Part shown: positions 12,911 to 25,655 of the stretch, in pieces
Numbering within the stretch: position 1 is the stretch's first letter
Layout of the letters: each line of letters opens with the position of its first letter
Assembly: GCA_013239625.1 (NCBI GenBank)
Contig: MU053365.1
Coordinates: forward strand, 2,204,115 to 2,268,114
From: Lama guanicoe
Lineage: Eukaryota
Direction of reading: 5' to 3'
Length of the DNA stretch: 64,000 bases
Notes under the pieces: model-generated
The model's database searches: none
What the model was told of the DNA's origin: nothing
The model's input: the letters and a program-made list of their open reading frames with translations, nothing else
Made by a program: the position numbers and the translations under genes

Positions 12911-13319
12911 AATTGTAGCAGCAGATGGAATTGAGGGTATTGGTTTTAAACCAGAATAAAAATTCCAGTATCCCATTCTCTTTATAGACATTCCCCCAGA
13001 AAATACTCCATTCGTGGCAGATGAAGAAACTCTTACTTCTCTCTACCCCTTGGACTAGATTGATCCATGAAGAAGAATAGCTAACCTCAAGGCAGGATCT
13101 TTGCAAAATCAAAACATATATGGCAAAGTGACTTTCTTCACCAAAAAGTCAAGTGGAAAGAGACTTTCATGGTCTGAAGAGACAGTGTTGTCGACACACT
13201 TCATTCCTTAGTAATTCAATCAACACATTGTAGAATTAGGACCCAGTGCAAGGTTGTATATTATAATGGCATGAGTCAGAAAAGAATATTTTGACCCGGA
13301 TGGAACCCAAGAAACCTAA

Positions 13320-13512
13320 TCCAGCAGTTTCAAAGAGCTCTCTCAGGGACGGTGGAGGCAGGTGGAGGTAGAATTCAAGGGCAAAAGCCTAGGCCTATCA
13401 CCCCTACTTTAACGACAACAGTTCCGGATTTATCCGTGTTAAATAATAAACTTCTTCATGAGGCCTCATTTGAATAAATTGCTCCACAAATTATAACAAC
13501 TTGAAAATTATT
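13320..13512. mobile_element. hAT-Charlie non-autonomous element (MER103-like)
   Basis: Termini cagcagtttcaaa ... ttgaaaattatt; internal ttccggatttatccgtgttaaataata...tcatttgaataaa. Confidence 0.4.
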
Positions 13513-13584
13513 ATTCTGGTTCCACTCACTTTTTCAGAGAAGGAATATGAGTCCAGTTTAGGGAAAAGACTTGCTCTACAAAGC

Positions 13585-13805
13585 AAATGTTAACCACTAT
13601 GTATATATTAAAAAAGATACAAAACAAGTTTATACTGGTATAAACTTTATAAAGATAGCACAGGGAACTATATTCAATATCTTGTAATGACCTTTAATGA
13701 AAAAGAATATGAGAATGAATGTATGTATGTATATGCATGACTGGGACATTGCGCTGCACACCAGAAATTGACACATTGTAAGTGACCATACTTCATTAAA
13801 AAAAA
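13585..13805 (+). mobile_element. Short 5'-truncated lineage-specific L1 3' end inserted in a MIR
   Basis: tagcacagggaactatattcaatatcttgtaa...caccagaaattgacacattgtaa...A tail. TSD tctacaaagc (13575-13584) / tctacacagc (13806-13815). Confidence 0.88.
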
Positions 13806-15165
13806 TCTACACAGCTACTTAGTGCTAAGCTGGAATTAAAAAAACCCTGCACCATGTCTTATTCTACACCTAAAGCTCTTATTATTACAGTTAGCCTACA
13901 AATAAAGGCTACTAATAAATTGTAACCTTACTACATACTGTGAATATTTCTATAGTGCGTTCAAGTTTTAAGCATTGTGTTTTTATGTATATATGATCAT
14001 TACTTGTTCCTTATAGTTTTTCTGAGTTGGGCAGTGTTAATAATAGCACCCTTATTTACAGAAAAAAATTTGGGGGCTCTGTGTGTAAGTGGTTGAACTA
14101 GGGCTACAAACTAGTTCTGATTTTCAATCCAGTATACTTTACTTCCAACGGTATCTCTGAATGTCTCATAGGCATCATGATTATTTCCTTGCAAGAATAT
14201 TTTGTATGACATTTTTTCTAAAATTACATTTATTTCCATGAGTTTTTACTTAGAAAGAACAAGGTCACTCATGAAATTGCTGGAAATTGCAGGACTTGCT
14301 GCCCCTGCAGTGAACTAACATACAAGGAACATCCCTGCTTGTTTGAGGAAACTGGTAAAAAGCACATTTTCCAACACAGGCAAACATCAAAGTCCTATTA
14401 TTGCTGGTCAATGAGAAAAACCCATTTTGGATAGTCTTCTCCACAAGTTTCAAAACAGAATTTAGTGAAAAAATGTCAAGCGCTTCTTCCGTCACATTGA
14501 TAATAAACTCAGATTCATTTCATCAACCACATGTTCTAAAAAGCAGCATTGCTCCTCGCCTTCACTGTTGAGGGAAAAAATGAAAGAGGAAGTGCAATAG
14601 CTTGCCTTTCTTCAGCTGCAAGTGGTAATTGAATTCTTGAGGGTATCACAGACCTTGTAAATTATTGACAGTTTTCTTAAGGAAAATATCACTTTGGGTT
14701 TGTTTTAAAACTGCTATTTTTCACCCAACACATATATGTGGCTGTATACACAAACACGTACTCTTCCTTTGGCTTTGCCTACCACTCTGACCCTCCAAGT
14801 GATATTTGCACAGTCCTTAATTTTTGCTTTCCACTTACTCTAGTGGAAAATGAATGCTGCTATATGTGTGAAAGAAATTGATAAGCTGTAATTTCCCACT
14901 TAAATGTACTGGATTATTATTATCACATTTTAATAATACCCACTGCTACATGAGGGTTTGGGGTAACAATCAACCATACCTTTTCACTTGCGATACTCAT
15001 CCATCATATCATTTCCTCAGTCTGCACTGCCCAACATCTCATCTTGCACCTTCGTCATCAACTCACACCAAATTTTGCAGTTAGAGAATTTACGAATTTT
15101 CCACAGAAATTTCCTTATTCTATGGCTAACCTTAAGGTTTACTTGAATCAAAAATAAGGACTCTT

Positions 15166-15295
15166 ACAATGTGTCCATTTCTGGTGTACAGCAGAATGTT
15201 TCAGTTATACATATACATACATATATTTGCTTTCATATTCTTTTTCATAGGTTACTACACCATATGAATATATTGTAAACTGACTATACTTCAAT
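15166..15295 (+). mobile_element. Very short 5'-inverted L1 3'-end insertion
   Basis: Antisense L1 3' UTR (about 15164-15260), then sense tail tattgtaaactgactatacttcaataaaaa. TSD aaaaataaggactctt (15150-15165) / aaaaataaggagtctt (15296-15311). Confidence 0.85.
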
Positions 15296-16364
15296 AAAAA
15301 TAAGGAGTCTTCATTGATTTCTTATTGTATTCTCTCCATTGTGCCTGGAGAACTTGGTGAAATTCTACAACAGAAGGAGATCTGGAAGGACGTTTAATCT
15401 CACTCGTTCTTTTGCCTGAGACAAAGTAACTTGCCTAAGACAGCAGAGTAACAGAATTTGTTTTAGACCCTTGTCTTCTAATTACCAACCCAGCCTTCTT
15501 TTTTAACACCAAGCACAAGCAACCTGAAAGTGCCACTTTCCTGGAAGAAATTCCTCTTCAAATGAAAACAGGTAAGAAGCCTGTGCCTCATTTATCTCTC
15601 TGGCTTGTTCTCTGAAGCTATGGCCAACTCTAAGGCAGAGGCTTGCTATTAGTGCCACACAACACCGTGCGATTACGGTGGTTCAAAATATAGTGGCCAT
15701 AACGTATTCCATTATATCAGCAGATTTGGTATAATAAGAAACAGGAACTCATGGCTCTCCTGCTCTCCCATTCAATTATGAACGCACTAAAATAGCAATA
15801 CCAATATTATGGAGTTTCCCCTAAGGGCTACTTCAGCTATTATTTGTTATGACATATATAGGCTTAAAGCATTTCACAATACATATTCCAGAACGTGAAC
15901 TTGGGAAAACAATGCCACAGGAAAACCTATTGTAATAAGACAAAGCCTCCCTGAAAAGTGCAAATTCGTTTTCATTCACTCCGTCTCAAAAGACAAAGTG
16001 TACTGACTGGTTTTATTCTGCATAAAATATCACCATAAGCCACCCAGAGAATGTTCTTAATGAATTTTGCTTATCATCTTTTTTGAGAAAATTATGGAGA
16101 GTATTCAACGAACACTCTTCTCTCCCCTCCCCCTGAACAGAGCCTGCCCCATCTCCTCTTCTTCACTTGGTACTAAAATATACCTCTGACTGTGCATTTT
16201 TCTAAAAGTCATAAGAGGGGAGAGGGGATCTGAACCAACATTTGCAATCTTTTTGGGGGGATCTTTAGCATTCTCACTGAAAGCCCATCAGAAATGTGAA
16301 GGAGAACATCCTACAGTGTTAGACTAAATTATGAGAAATTACCTATTTCTTTCCCCTACCCCAG

Positions 16365-16882
16365 GCTTTAATAAGGTATAATTGACAAATAAATCATTAT
16401 ATATTTAAAGCGTACAACATGATGATTTGATATACTCACACACCATGAAATGATTACCACAATCAGGTTAATTAATACATCCATCACCCCACATAGTAAC
16501 CTTTTTTATGGTGAGAATGCTTAAGATCAACTCTTCCAGCAAATTTCATGTATACAATACAATATTATCAACTATAGTCACCATGCTGTACATTAGATCC
16601 CCAGAACTTACTCATCTTGTAACTGAAAAACTAGTACCCTGTGACCAGCATTTCTCCTTATTTCCTATCCCTGGTCCCTGATGACCATAATTCTACTCCA
16701 TTTCTATGAATTAAACTTTCTTTTCCTTGAGATTCCACACAAAAGTGAGATCATACAGTATTTGTCTTTCGATGTCTGGTTTATTTCACTTAGCATAACA
16801 TCATCAAGTTTCATCCATGTTGTCGCAAGTGGCAGGATTTCCTTCTTTCTAATGGCTGAATAATATTTCATTCTCTGTGTGT

Positions 16883-16913
<31 letters not shown>

Positions 16914-19900
16914 ATATATAATACACACATGTATGCACTATATCATGTTTATTCATTTATCCATCAATGGACACTTGGGTCGTTTCCATATCTTGGCGAC
17001 TGCAAATAATGCTGCAATGAACATGGGAGTTAAGAGATCTCTTAGAGATAGTGATTTCATTTCCTTCAGATATATACCCAGAAGTGGGACTGCTGGATTA
17101 TAAAATAGTTCTATGTTTAAGTTTTTGAGGAACATTCATTGTTTTCCATAATGGCTGTAATGAGTTACATTCACACCAGCGGTGCACAAGGGTTCACTTT
17201 TCTGGATATCCTTGCCAGCTCTTGTGTCTTCTCTTTTTGTCAATGGCCATCCTAACGGGCGTGAGGTGAGATCTCACCGTGCTTTGGAGTTGCATTTCCC
17301 TGATGATTAGTGACATTGAACACATTTTCATGTACTTGTCAGCCATTTGTGTGTTTTCTTTGGGAAAATGTCTATTTAGTTCTTTTGCCCATTTTTAATT
17401 AGGCTATTTAGGTTTTTACTTAAGTTGTGTGAGTTGCTTACATATACGTATGTATATCCCTTATCAAATATATAGTTTACAAATATTTTCTCCCATTCCA
17501 TAGATTGTCTTTTCATTTTGTTCATTGTTTGCTTTGCTGTGTTGAAGTTTTTAAGTTTGATGTAGTCCCACTTGGTTATTTTTGCTTTTCTTGTTTGTAC
17601 TTTTAGTGTCATATCCAAAAAGTCATTGCCAAGACCAATGTCAATGAACTTTTTCCCTAAGTTTTCTTTCAGGAGTTTTACAGTTTCAAGTCTTACATTT
17701 AAGTCTTTAATTCATTTAGACTTCATTTTTGTAAGTGGTGTAAGATAAAGGCTCAGTTTCATTATTCTGCACATTGCGATCCAGTCATTTATTGAAGAGA
17801 CTATCCTTTCCCCATTGTGTATTCTTGACTAATTTCTTTTAAATTAATTGACTGCATATGCACAGGTTTATTTCTGGATTCTCTATTCTGCTACATTGGT
17901 CTAGGTGCCCATTGTTATGTGAGTACCACACTGTTTTGATTACTATATTTTTGTAATACAGTTTGAAACCAGCAGGTGTGATGCCTTCAGCTTTGTTCTT
18001 CTTTCTTAGGATCGCTTGGGCTATTGGGGGACTTTTGTAGTTCCCTGATAATTTTAGGATTTTTTTTTATTTTTGTGAAAAAAAATACTGAAATTTTGAT
18101 AGGGATTACACTGAATCTATAGATGCCTTTGGGTAGCATGGACATTTTAACAGTATTAATTCTTATCATCCATGAATGTGGGCTATCTTGCCATTTGTTT
18201 GTCTCTTCCTCATTTTCTCATCAAAGCCTTGTGGTTTTCATTGCACAGCTCTTTCACTTTTCTGGTTAAATTTATTCCTGTGTTTTATTGTATTTGATGC
18301 TATTGTGAATGCAATTGTTTTCTTTTTCAAATATTTTGTTGTAGTGTATAGAAATGCAACTGAATTCTGTATGTTGACTTTATATCTTGCAGCTTAACAG
18401 AATTTGTTAATTAGTTCCAACAGGTTTTTTTGTTTTGGGTTGAATCTTCAAGATTTTCCAAACGTAAAATTGTATCACCTTCAAATAACAATTTTACTTC
18501 TCCCTTTCTGATTTGCATGCCTTTTTTTTTTTTCTCTTTGCCTGATTGCTCTAGTTAGGACTTCCAGTACTATGTTGAATAAGAGTGGTGATAGTACGCA
18601 TCCTTTTCTTGCTCCTAATCTTAAAGGAAAAGCTTTCAACCTTTCACCATTGAGTATGATGTTAGCTGTGGGTTTGTCATGTGTAGCCTTTATTATGTTG
18701 AAGTATGTTCCTCCTTCACCCAACTTGTTGAGGATTTTTATCGTGAAAGGGTGCTGTACTGTGTCAAATGCCTTTTCTATATTGAGATGAAATGATATTT
18801 ATCTTTTATTCTATTTATGTCCTGTATCACATTTATTGATTTGTTGAACCACCCTTGTATCCCAGGGATAAATCATACTTGATCATGGTGTATGACCCTT
18901 TTAATGTGCTCTTAAATTTAGGTTGCTAATATTTTGTTGAGAATTTTTGCATCTATATTCATCAGAGATATTGGCCTGAACTTTTCTTTTCTTATCTGGT
19001 TTTGGTATCAGGGCACTTTTGGCTTTGTAAATGATTTTGGGAATGTTCCTCCCTCTTCAATTTTTGAAGAGTTTTAGAAAGATTGACTTTAATTCTTCTT
19101 AAACATTTGTAAGAATTCACAAGGGAAATGATTTGGTCCTGGGCTTTCCTCTCTTGGGAGGTTTTTGATTACTGATTCAATCTCCTTACTCATTTTTGCT
19201 CTGTTCAGACTTTGTATTTCTTTAAGATTCAGTCTTGGTAGGTTATATGACTTTAGGAATTTATCCACTTCTAGGTTATCCAAGTTGTTGGTATGTAATT
19301 GTTCATAGTAGTTTCTTACAATCCTTTGTACATCTGTGGTGTCAGTTGTAATATCACCTCTTTCATTTCTGATTTTATTTATTAGAATCATCTGTCTTTT
19401 TTCTTAGTCTAACTAAAGGTGTGGAAAGCTTATTTATATTTAAAAAACAGCTCTTAATTTTGTTGATTTTTTCTATTATTTTTCCAGTGTCCATTTTCAT
19501 TTCTGATTTTTAAAACTTTCCTTCCTTTTATTAACTTTGGACTTAGTTTGTTCTTCTTTATCTCATTCCTTGAGGTGAAAAGTTAGGTTGTTTATTTAAG
19601 AACTTTCTTTTTCTTAATACATGCATTTATCACTATAAATGGCCCTCAAAAAACTGCTTTCACAGCATCCCATATTTTTGGTATGTTCTGTTTCCATTTT
19701 CATTCAATTTGAAATTTTTAACTCCCTTTTGATTTCTTCTTTGACCCTTTTGGTTGTTCAGGAGTGTGTTGTTTAGTTTCCACATGTTTGTAAATTTTTC
19801 AGCTTTCCTCTTGTTGATTTCTAGTTTCATACCATTGTAGTCAGAAAAAAAATTCTGGTATGATTTCAATCTTCTTAACTTTGTTTAGACTTGTTTTGTG

Positions 19901-20577
19901 GCTTATCATATGATCTATTCTGGAGAATATTCTGTGTGCACTTTTGAAGAATGTGTGTTCTATTGCCATTGTATGGAATGTTCTATAAATGCCTGTTTGT
20001 CCTATTTGGTATAATGAATGGTTCAAGTCCAATATTTCTGCATCAATTTTTCTTTCTGGATAATCTATCCATTGCCAAAAGTGGGATACTGAAGTCCCGT
20101 ACTATTAATGCAGTGTTGTCTATTTCTTCCTTCAGTTCTGTTAGTATTTGCTTAATATATTTAGATGCTCTGATGCTGGGTACCTATGTATATTTACAAT
20201 TGTTATATTTTCTTGATGAGTTGACCACTTTTTGTCTCTTGCTACCATTTTTGGCTTAAATTCCATTTTGCCGGATATAAGAGGAACTACCCTGCTTTCT
20301 TTTTGTTTCCACGTCCATGGAATATTTTTTTTTCATCCCTTCGCTTAGAGCCTATGTGTGTCCTTAAACCTGAAGTGAGTCTTTTTGTAGGCAGTATATA
20401 GTTGGGTCTTTTTTTGTTTTGTTTTAATCCATCCAGCTACTGTGTGCCTTTTGGTTGGTGAATTCAATCCATTCACATCTGGCATAATTACTGATATGTA
20501 AGAACTTATTAATACCATCTTGTTAATTGATTCCTGGCCTTTTTGTATTTCTATTGTTCATTTTTTCCTCTTTTGTT
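16365..20577 (-). mobile_element. L1 (L1MA9/10-like) covering the 3' UTR and a degenerate ORF2
   Basis: Minus-strand ORF2 fragments, e.g. [29 protein letters not shown]...[13 protein letters not shown] (RT) and FSRIDHMISHK (EN); ORF2 start region near 20517; many stops and frameshifts. Confidence 0.95.
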
Positions 20578-22664
20578 TTTGATATAGTTAAGCTTAAATC
20601 CATCACCTATTTGTTTTCTATTTGTTCTACTTTATCTTTAGTCCCTTTTTTTCTTTTTAACTTCTTATTTATTATACTTTATTACATTTTCTCTTCTTCA
20701 TATTCTATAACTTTTTGTTTTCTTAATGTCATGTGCTTTAGGGTTTATAGCATACATTTTTAATTTGTCACAGTCTACCTGGAAGTGGTATTATACCACA
20801 TGATATATAGTATAAGACCCATGAAATAGTATACTTCCATGTCTCTCCTCCAGGTCTTCATGCTATATTGTCAGATATTTTCCTTACACATATATGATAG
20901 AGCATACAAACCTTTTTGCTATTTTTGTTTAAATAGTCAGTTGTAGTTTATTTTAAATAAATTAAAATAGTAAGAAAATCTTATATACTTTTGCATGTAG
21001 TTATTATTTCCAGGAATCTTCATTACTTTGTGTATATTCCTAGTTCTAACTGCTATTATTTTTGTTTTGCCTAAAGAATATTCTTTATCATTTCTTGTAT
21101 CACGGGAATGCTGGTGATGAACTCTTTCACCTCTTGTATGTCTGAAACATCATTAATTCATCTTCATACTTGAAAGATACACTCACAAAGTATAGAACTC
21201 TAGGTTGCTGGGCATTTTTTTTTCTTCTAGAACTCTAAAGATGTTGCTATACTTTCTTCTCCTTTGTCCTAGTTCCTGTGAGAAACCTGCTATCCTTTGT
21301 TCCTGTGTATGTAAGGTGTCTTTTTCTCTTGCTGCTTTGAAGATTTTTTTTCTTTATCATTGATTTTGAGCAGTTGATTATGTTGTGTCTTGGCGTCATT
21401 TCCTTTAGGCTTCCTGTTTGGGATTTGTTGAGCTGCATGGATCTGTGGGTTTATAATTTTCGTATCAGATTTGGAAATTTGGGGGCCATTATTTCGTCAA
21501 ACATTTTTCTGCTCTCCCCTTCAGAGACTCAAATTGTACATATATTAGTGTGCTTGTAGTTGGCACACAACTCTCAGATGCCCTTTTCAAATATTTTTCT
21601 TGTTTCTCTCTGTATTCCATTTTGGACATCTTTTGGTGCTATGTCTTCAGGTTTATTAAGCTCATCTTCTGGAATATCTAATCTGTATTTAATCCCATCT
21701 TGTACATTTTCTTTTTTAGATATTGTATTTTTCATCTTTAGACATGTGATTTGGATCTTTTTTATATCATCCATGTCCCTACTTAACTTTTTGAACATAT
21801 GGTAATGCAGTTGTAACTCTTTTAATGTCTTTGTCTACTAATTCTAACATCTGTGTTAGCTCTGGGTTGGTTTTAATTGATTTTCATCCTCATTATGGAA
21901 CTTATTTTCCAGCTTTTTTGCATGCCTGAGATTTTTTCATAGATGCCAGATCTTGTAAATTTTATCTTATTGGTTATCTTTCTATAAACATCCTCAAGCT
22001 TTGTTCTGGGGCTGCAGTTAACTTATTTGGAAACAGTTTGATATTTTTTTGGCTTTGCTTTTGTAATTTGTCAAGTGGGACCAAAGTATTTAGTCAAGGG
22101 CTAATTATTCCCCACTGCTGAAGCAAGTCCCTTCTGGGTGCTCTATTTAATGCCCCGTGGATTATGAGCTTTTCCTATTTGGCACTGTTTTCAGTCATGT
22201 ATCAACACCGAGTACTGTTCCCTCTGGGCCTCTCAAATGATTCTTTCCCTGCTGTGGAATAATTTCCTCATATGTACGTACTCTGCTGAACATGTGAATG
22301 AGACCTTCTGCAGGTGACAATGTTTCCATTTCTGTTCATTTCTTTCCCCTCCAGTACTCTGTCCTGTGGATTCCAGCCCCAGACATTTGCCTCTATCTCC
22401 TCAAGCCAGGTAATTCGCCTGGCTTCACCTTGGTTCTCTCTCCGTGTGGTGCAGCTGGAAACTCTTTTAAAGAAATAAGCCGTAACAATTGCAACGCATT
22501 GCTTATTTTCCATTTCTCAGGCAGTCCTGTTTATTGTCACTTGATGTACACTGCCTTGAAAGCCGTTGTTTCATAAATTGTGTGTTTGTGTGTTTTAGCC
22601 AGGTGATGTTTCAGGGAGAGAGTGAATCTAGATCTTGTTATCCCATCTTACCTGGAAGCAAGTC
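20578..22664 (-). mobile_element. Older L1 (L1MC/MD-like) 5' part: 5' UTR, ORF1 remnant, inter-ORF region
   Basis: ORF1 coiled-coil-like MFKKLSRDMDDIKK...RLDIPEDELNKPED and TPRHNIINCSK; end gtgaatctagatcttgttatcccatcttacctggaagc resembles an old L1 5' terminus. Confidence 0.8.
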
Positions 22665-23217
22665 TTGCATATGCTCTTACATAGGGAATTCTGTAAACTG
22701 TAAATCATCATACCTTGATGTGTCCTTCATGGAATCACCAAGGTGGCATAATTATTTGAATAATCACCATACATTAACTTCCAACTGTATACGGAACACT
22801 AGGTTGGAGACAAGTGATAGGAAAACAGACACAGTCAATATTATGACTCCTAAGCTAAAGAAAATCATAATCTTCTTTCCCAGACCATATCTCTGATCCT
22901 GGTGGTGCCACACACGAGCCACAGAAGCAGAATCCAAGGACACAAAATATCCATGTAATAAAAACGTACCACTATGGGGTTTTTTTCCTTATTGTATATG
23001 AGTTCGTTCTCCATCAGGATGATTTCAATAGGCAAGAGTATTTCTCACTCCCAGGGCTCCTCCCCCGAGTAATCACTTTTAAAAAAGAATTTTAAAACCA
23101 TTAAACTTTTGACCATTTTCTACAATTCTATGGCAGTTTCTTAATGGTTACATCAAACACAACCAAGCATCCATAAAATGATGTTCAATCTACCTTTGTT
23201 TTGGAAGGCAACCTAGG

Positions 23218-23395
23218 TAGACTTTCCCAAAATTTCTGATCATAATAATCAGCTGGGGAGCTTGTTAACAATCTAGTTTGCCAAACCTGTCTCTTGGAGA
23301 ATGTGCTTTGGATTGTCTGGTGGGAGTCTGGAAATTTGTTTCTTTAGCAAGCTTCCAAAGTGATTCATAACAGCAGGGAAGTTTTGGAAATAATG
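23218..23395. mobile_element. MER5-type hAT-Charlie MITE
   Basis: tttcccaaa...tgatcataataatcagctggggagcttgttaa...caagcttccaaagtgattc...agttttggaaataatg. Confidence 0.75.
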
Positions 23396-24084
23396 AGTTA
23401 CAGGACTCCTTGACCAGTGGGTACCATTCAAAAATGTACACTCTAGTTACAATCTCCATATCAACCTCATACTTGGTCTAGTTTTTCTCAGGCCAAAAGA
23501 AACTAATTCTGCATGGCTACGGGGTAGTGCTCCCTGATGTCCGATGACAGTGAAGTGGCATCTATGACCCAATAGCAAAAAAACCACGTTGCATTTCTAT
23601 AGTATGTTTTTGAGGAAAAATAAACCTTTGTTTATTAAACCACAGTCCCTTCCTTTATTTGATGCATAAGAGCTATTTTCAAAATTTCTGTGCCCATGAT
23701 CTCCCAACTTGAATAAAACATCTCATGGAAATGAAGTGCTTTGCTAGATATGAGAGCATTTGGCATCTTGAAATAAGTCATTTATGGTGGCTTCATCATT
23801 CAATGTGAACAGCAGAACATATCAACAAGAAGCAACAGATAAAATTACACTTGATGAGACTCCAGCATCATGTCTGTCACCTTCCTCACTAAGAGCATTC
23901 ACCAGAGATGGACTCTATTTAGGCAATTTTTCTAATCTGTGATTCGCTACTATTAAAGAACGTATGTCGTACCTGTATTAAAGGCATGGAAGTAAGAGGC
24001 CGGCTTGGAGGCATGGCAGTCAGAGGAAGACCTAGGGACGGGGGATAATATAACACCTGGAAGCAGGACCCTCACAGATGGCTG

Positions 24085-24170
24085 ACAATTTCTGAGCACT
24101 TAAATGCCAAGCATTGTGCCAGGTACTTTATATGTATCATCTCATTTAATCACTTATGACAACGCTAATG
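24085..24170 (-). mobile_element. MIR SINE fragment
   Basis: tttctgagcactta...gccaagcattgtgccaggtactttatatgtatcatctcatttaatc. Confidence 0.7.
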
Positions 24171-24629
24171 GAAAATGAGACTTTGATTCTGGGTTGCCAA
24201 GGGCCAGTCATCTGTGGTGTGGTGTGTAGAGGACCTGATAGCTCTCCATGGATAGGTTTTCCTGAGGAATTCAGAGGGAGTTTCAAAGGCTAACACTCAG
24301 GCTACCAATTAGCAGAGGGCCTGGCCCTGGAAGAACCAAATGTTGTCAATCAACAAACAGTGTCCTAGAGTGAAAGCCCTGAAGAGGACAGAAAAGGCAG
24401 CTGGGAAATCTAATCAGATCCCTCCTGCCCCCAGTTTTATTCATTATTCAAAGCTGTGAACAATAAGGAAAATTACACAGCCCAGACTTTTCCCATGCAA
24501 TGTATTCTTTATTATAAAGGAGTGGAGGGTGTTAAACACGATATTTACTGGCCATTCAACACGTAGCAGTCATTGATATAGGTATTTTATATTCTAACAA
24601 TCTCATTTAATACAACCGCAGAGGCATGT

Positions 24630-24687
24630 GTGTGTGCGTGTGTGCATGTATACACATTTATGTGTATACATGCACACACGCACACAC
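24630..24687. repeat. Perfect inverted repeat, 28-bp arms with a 2-nt loop
   Basis: gtgtgtgcgtgtgtgcatgtatacacat-tt-atgtgtatacatgcacacacgcacacac; arms checked base by base. Confidence 0.97.
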
Positions 24688-25429
24688 CTGTGCACAAAGT
24701 CCTCCAGGCTTTCAAAACTCCATTTCCTCTAGGAGGAGCTGTGAAAACAGGTGTGGAAGCTCGGCATGCCTCAGGTTTCCTGGGTAGCATTCCTTCTCTA
24801 TTGCACAGATAGTTTTGGAAAGCTGCTTAGGATCTAATGAGCAGTTACTTCAATGGGCCTCCGTATGAAGTAAGACACCACCTCGTCCGATGCAGAGGAT
24901 AGTCGTGTGTTCTCCACCTGTCATCGAAGCTGCCACGCCGTGGTGCCACCTGGCATTAATGCGATAGGACATGTAACGTTACACTGGGGCCAGCCCAGTC
25001 CCCCTAGGCTTTGCCTCTGGCTAGGTCAGTATTCAAGAACCATTTCAGGAAACCAGTTGGTAAGTCCTAAAGGCAAAAGACCGTAGCACTTAAATTTAGA
25101 GACTGCTAAAAGCTATTTCTATATTATTATATGTCAGTTTTTTCAACCATAAAAAGCTATGTAGTAAGTATCAAAATACTCCACTGTTTTAATGTATTAT
25201 TAATTCTTCAAAGTAAATAGCATACACATATTAAAATATATATTTTTCAAATCACCCAAGATTAGAATGGCACACCTTTCCTAGCCCACTGCCCCACTTC
25301 CCTGTAGTCATCTGAACACCCATTACTTGATAGTTATTACATATACTAGATCTCTGACTCTGCATAGCTTTGGGACATGAGGCTTTCCAATGAAACCCTA
25401 CAATAAATATACGTAAATGAAGGAGTTGT

Positions 25430-25655
25430 CCATACCAGTCTCATGGAACTTTCTGTTATGATGGAAGTATTCTGTATCTACACTGTCCAATAGGTAGCTA
25501 CTGGCCACGTGTGGCTGTTGAGCAATTGAAAGTACATTAGCATGAATGGGGGGGGTCCTGCATGTTTAATTGCACTTCATTTAAAGTCATTTAAATTTAA
25601 ATTTAAATTTAAATAGCCACCTATGGCTAGTGGCTATCATACCGAACACTGCAAG
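25430..25655. mobile_element. MER3-type hAT-Charlie MITE
   Basis: ggaactttctgttatgatggaagtattctgtatctacactgtccaata...tttaaatagccacctatggctagtggcta. Confidence 0.85.
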
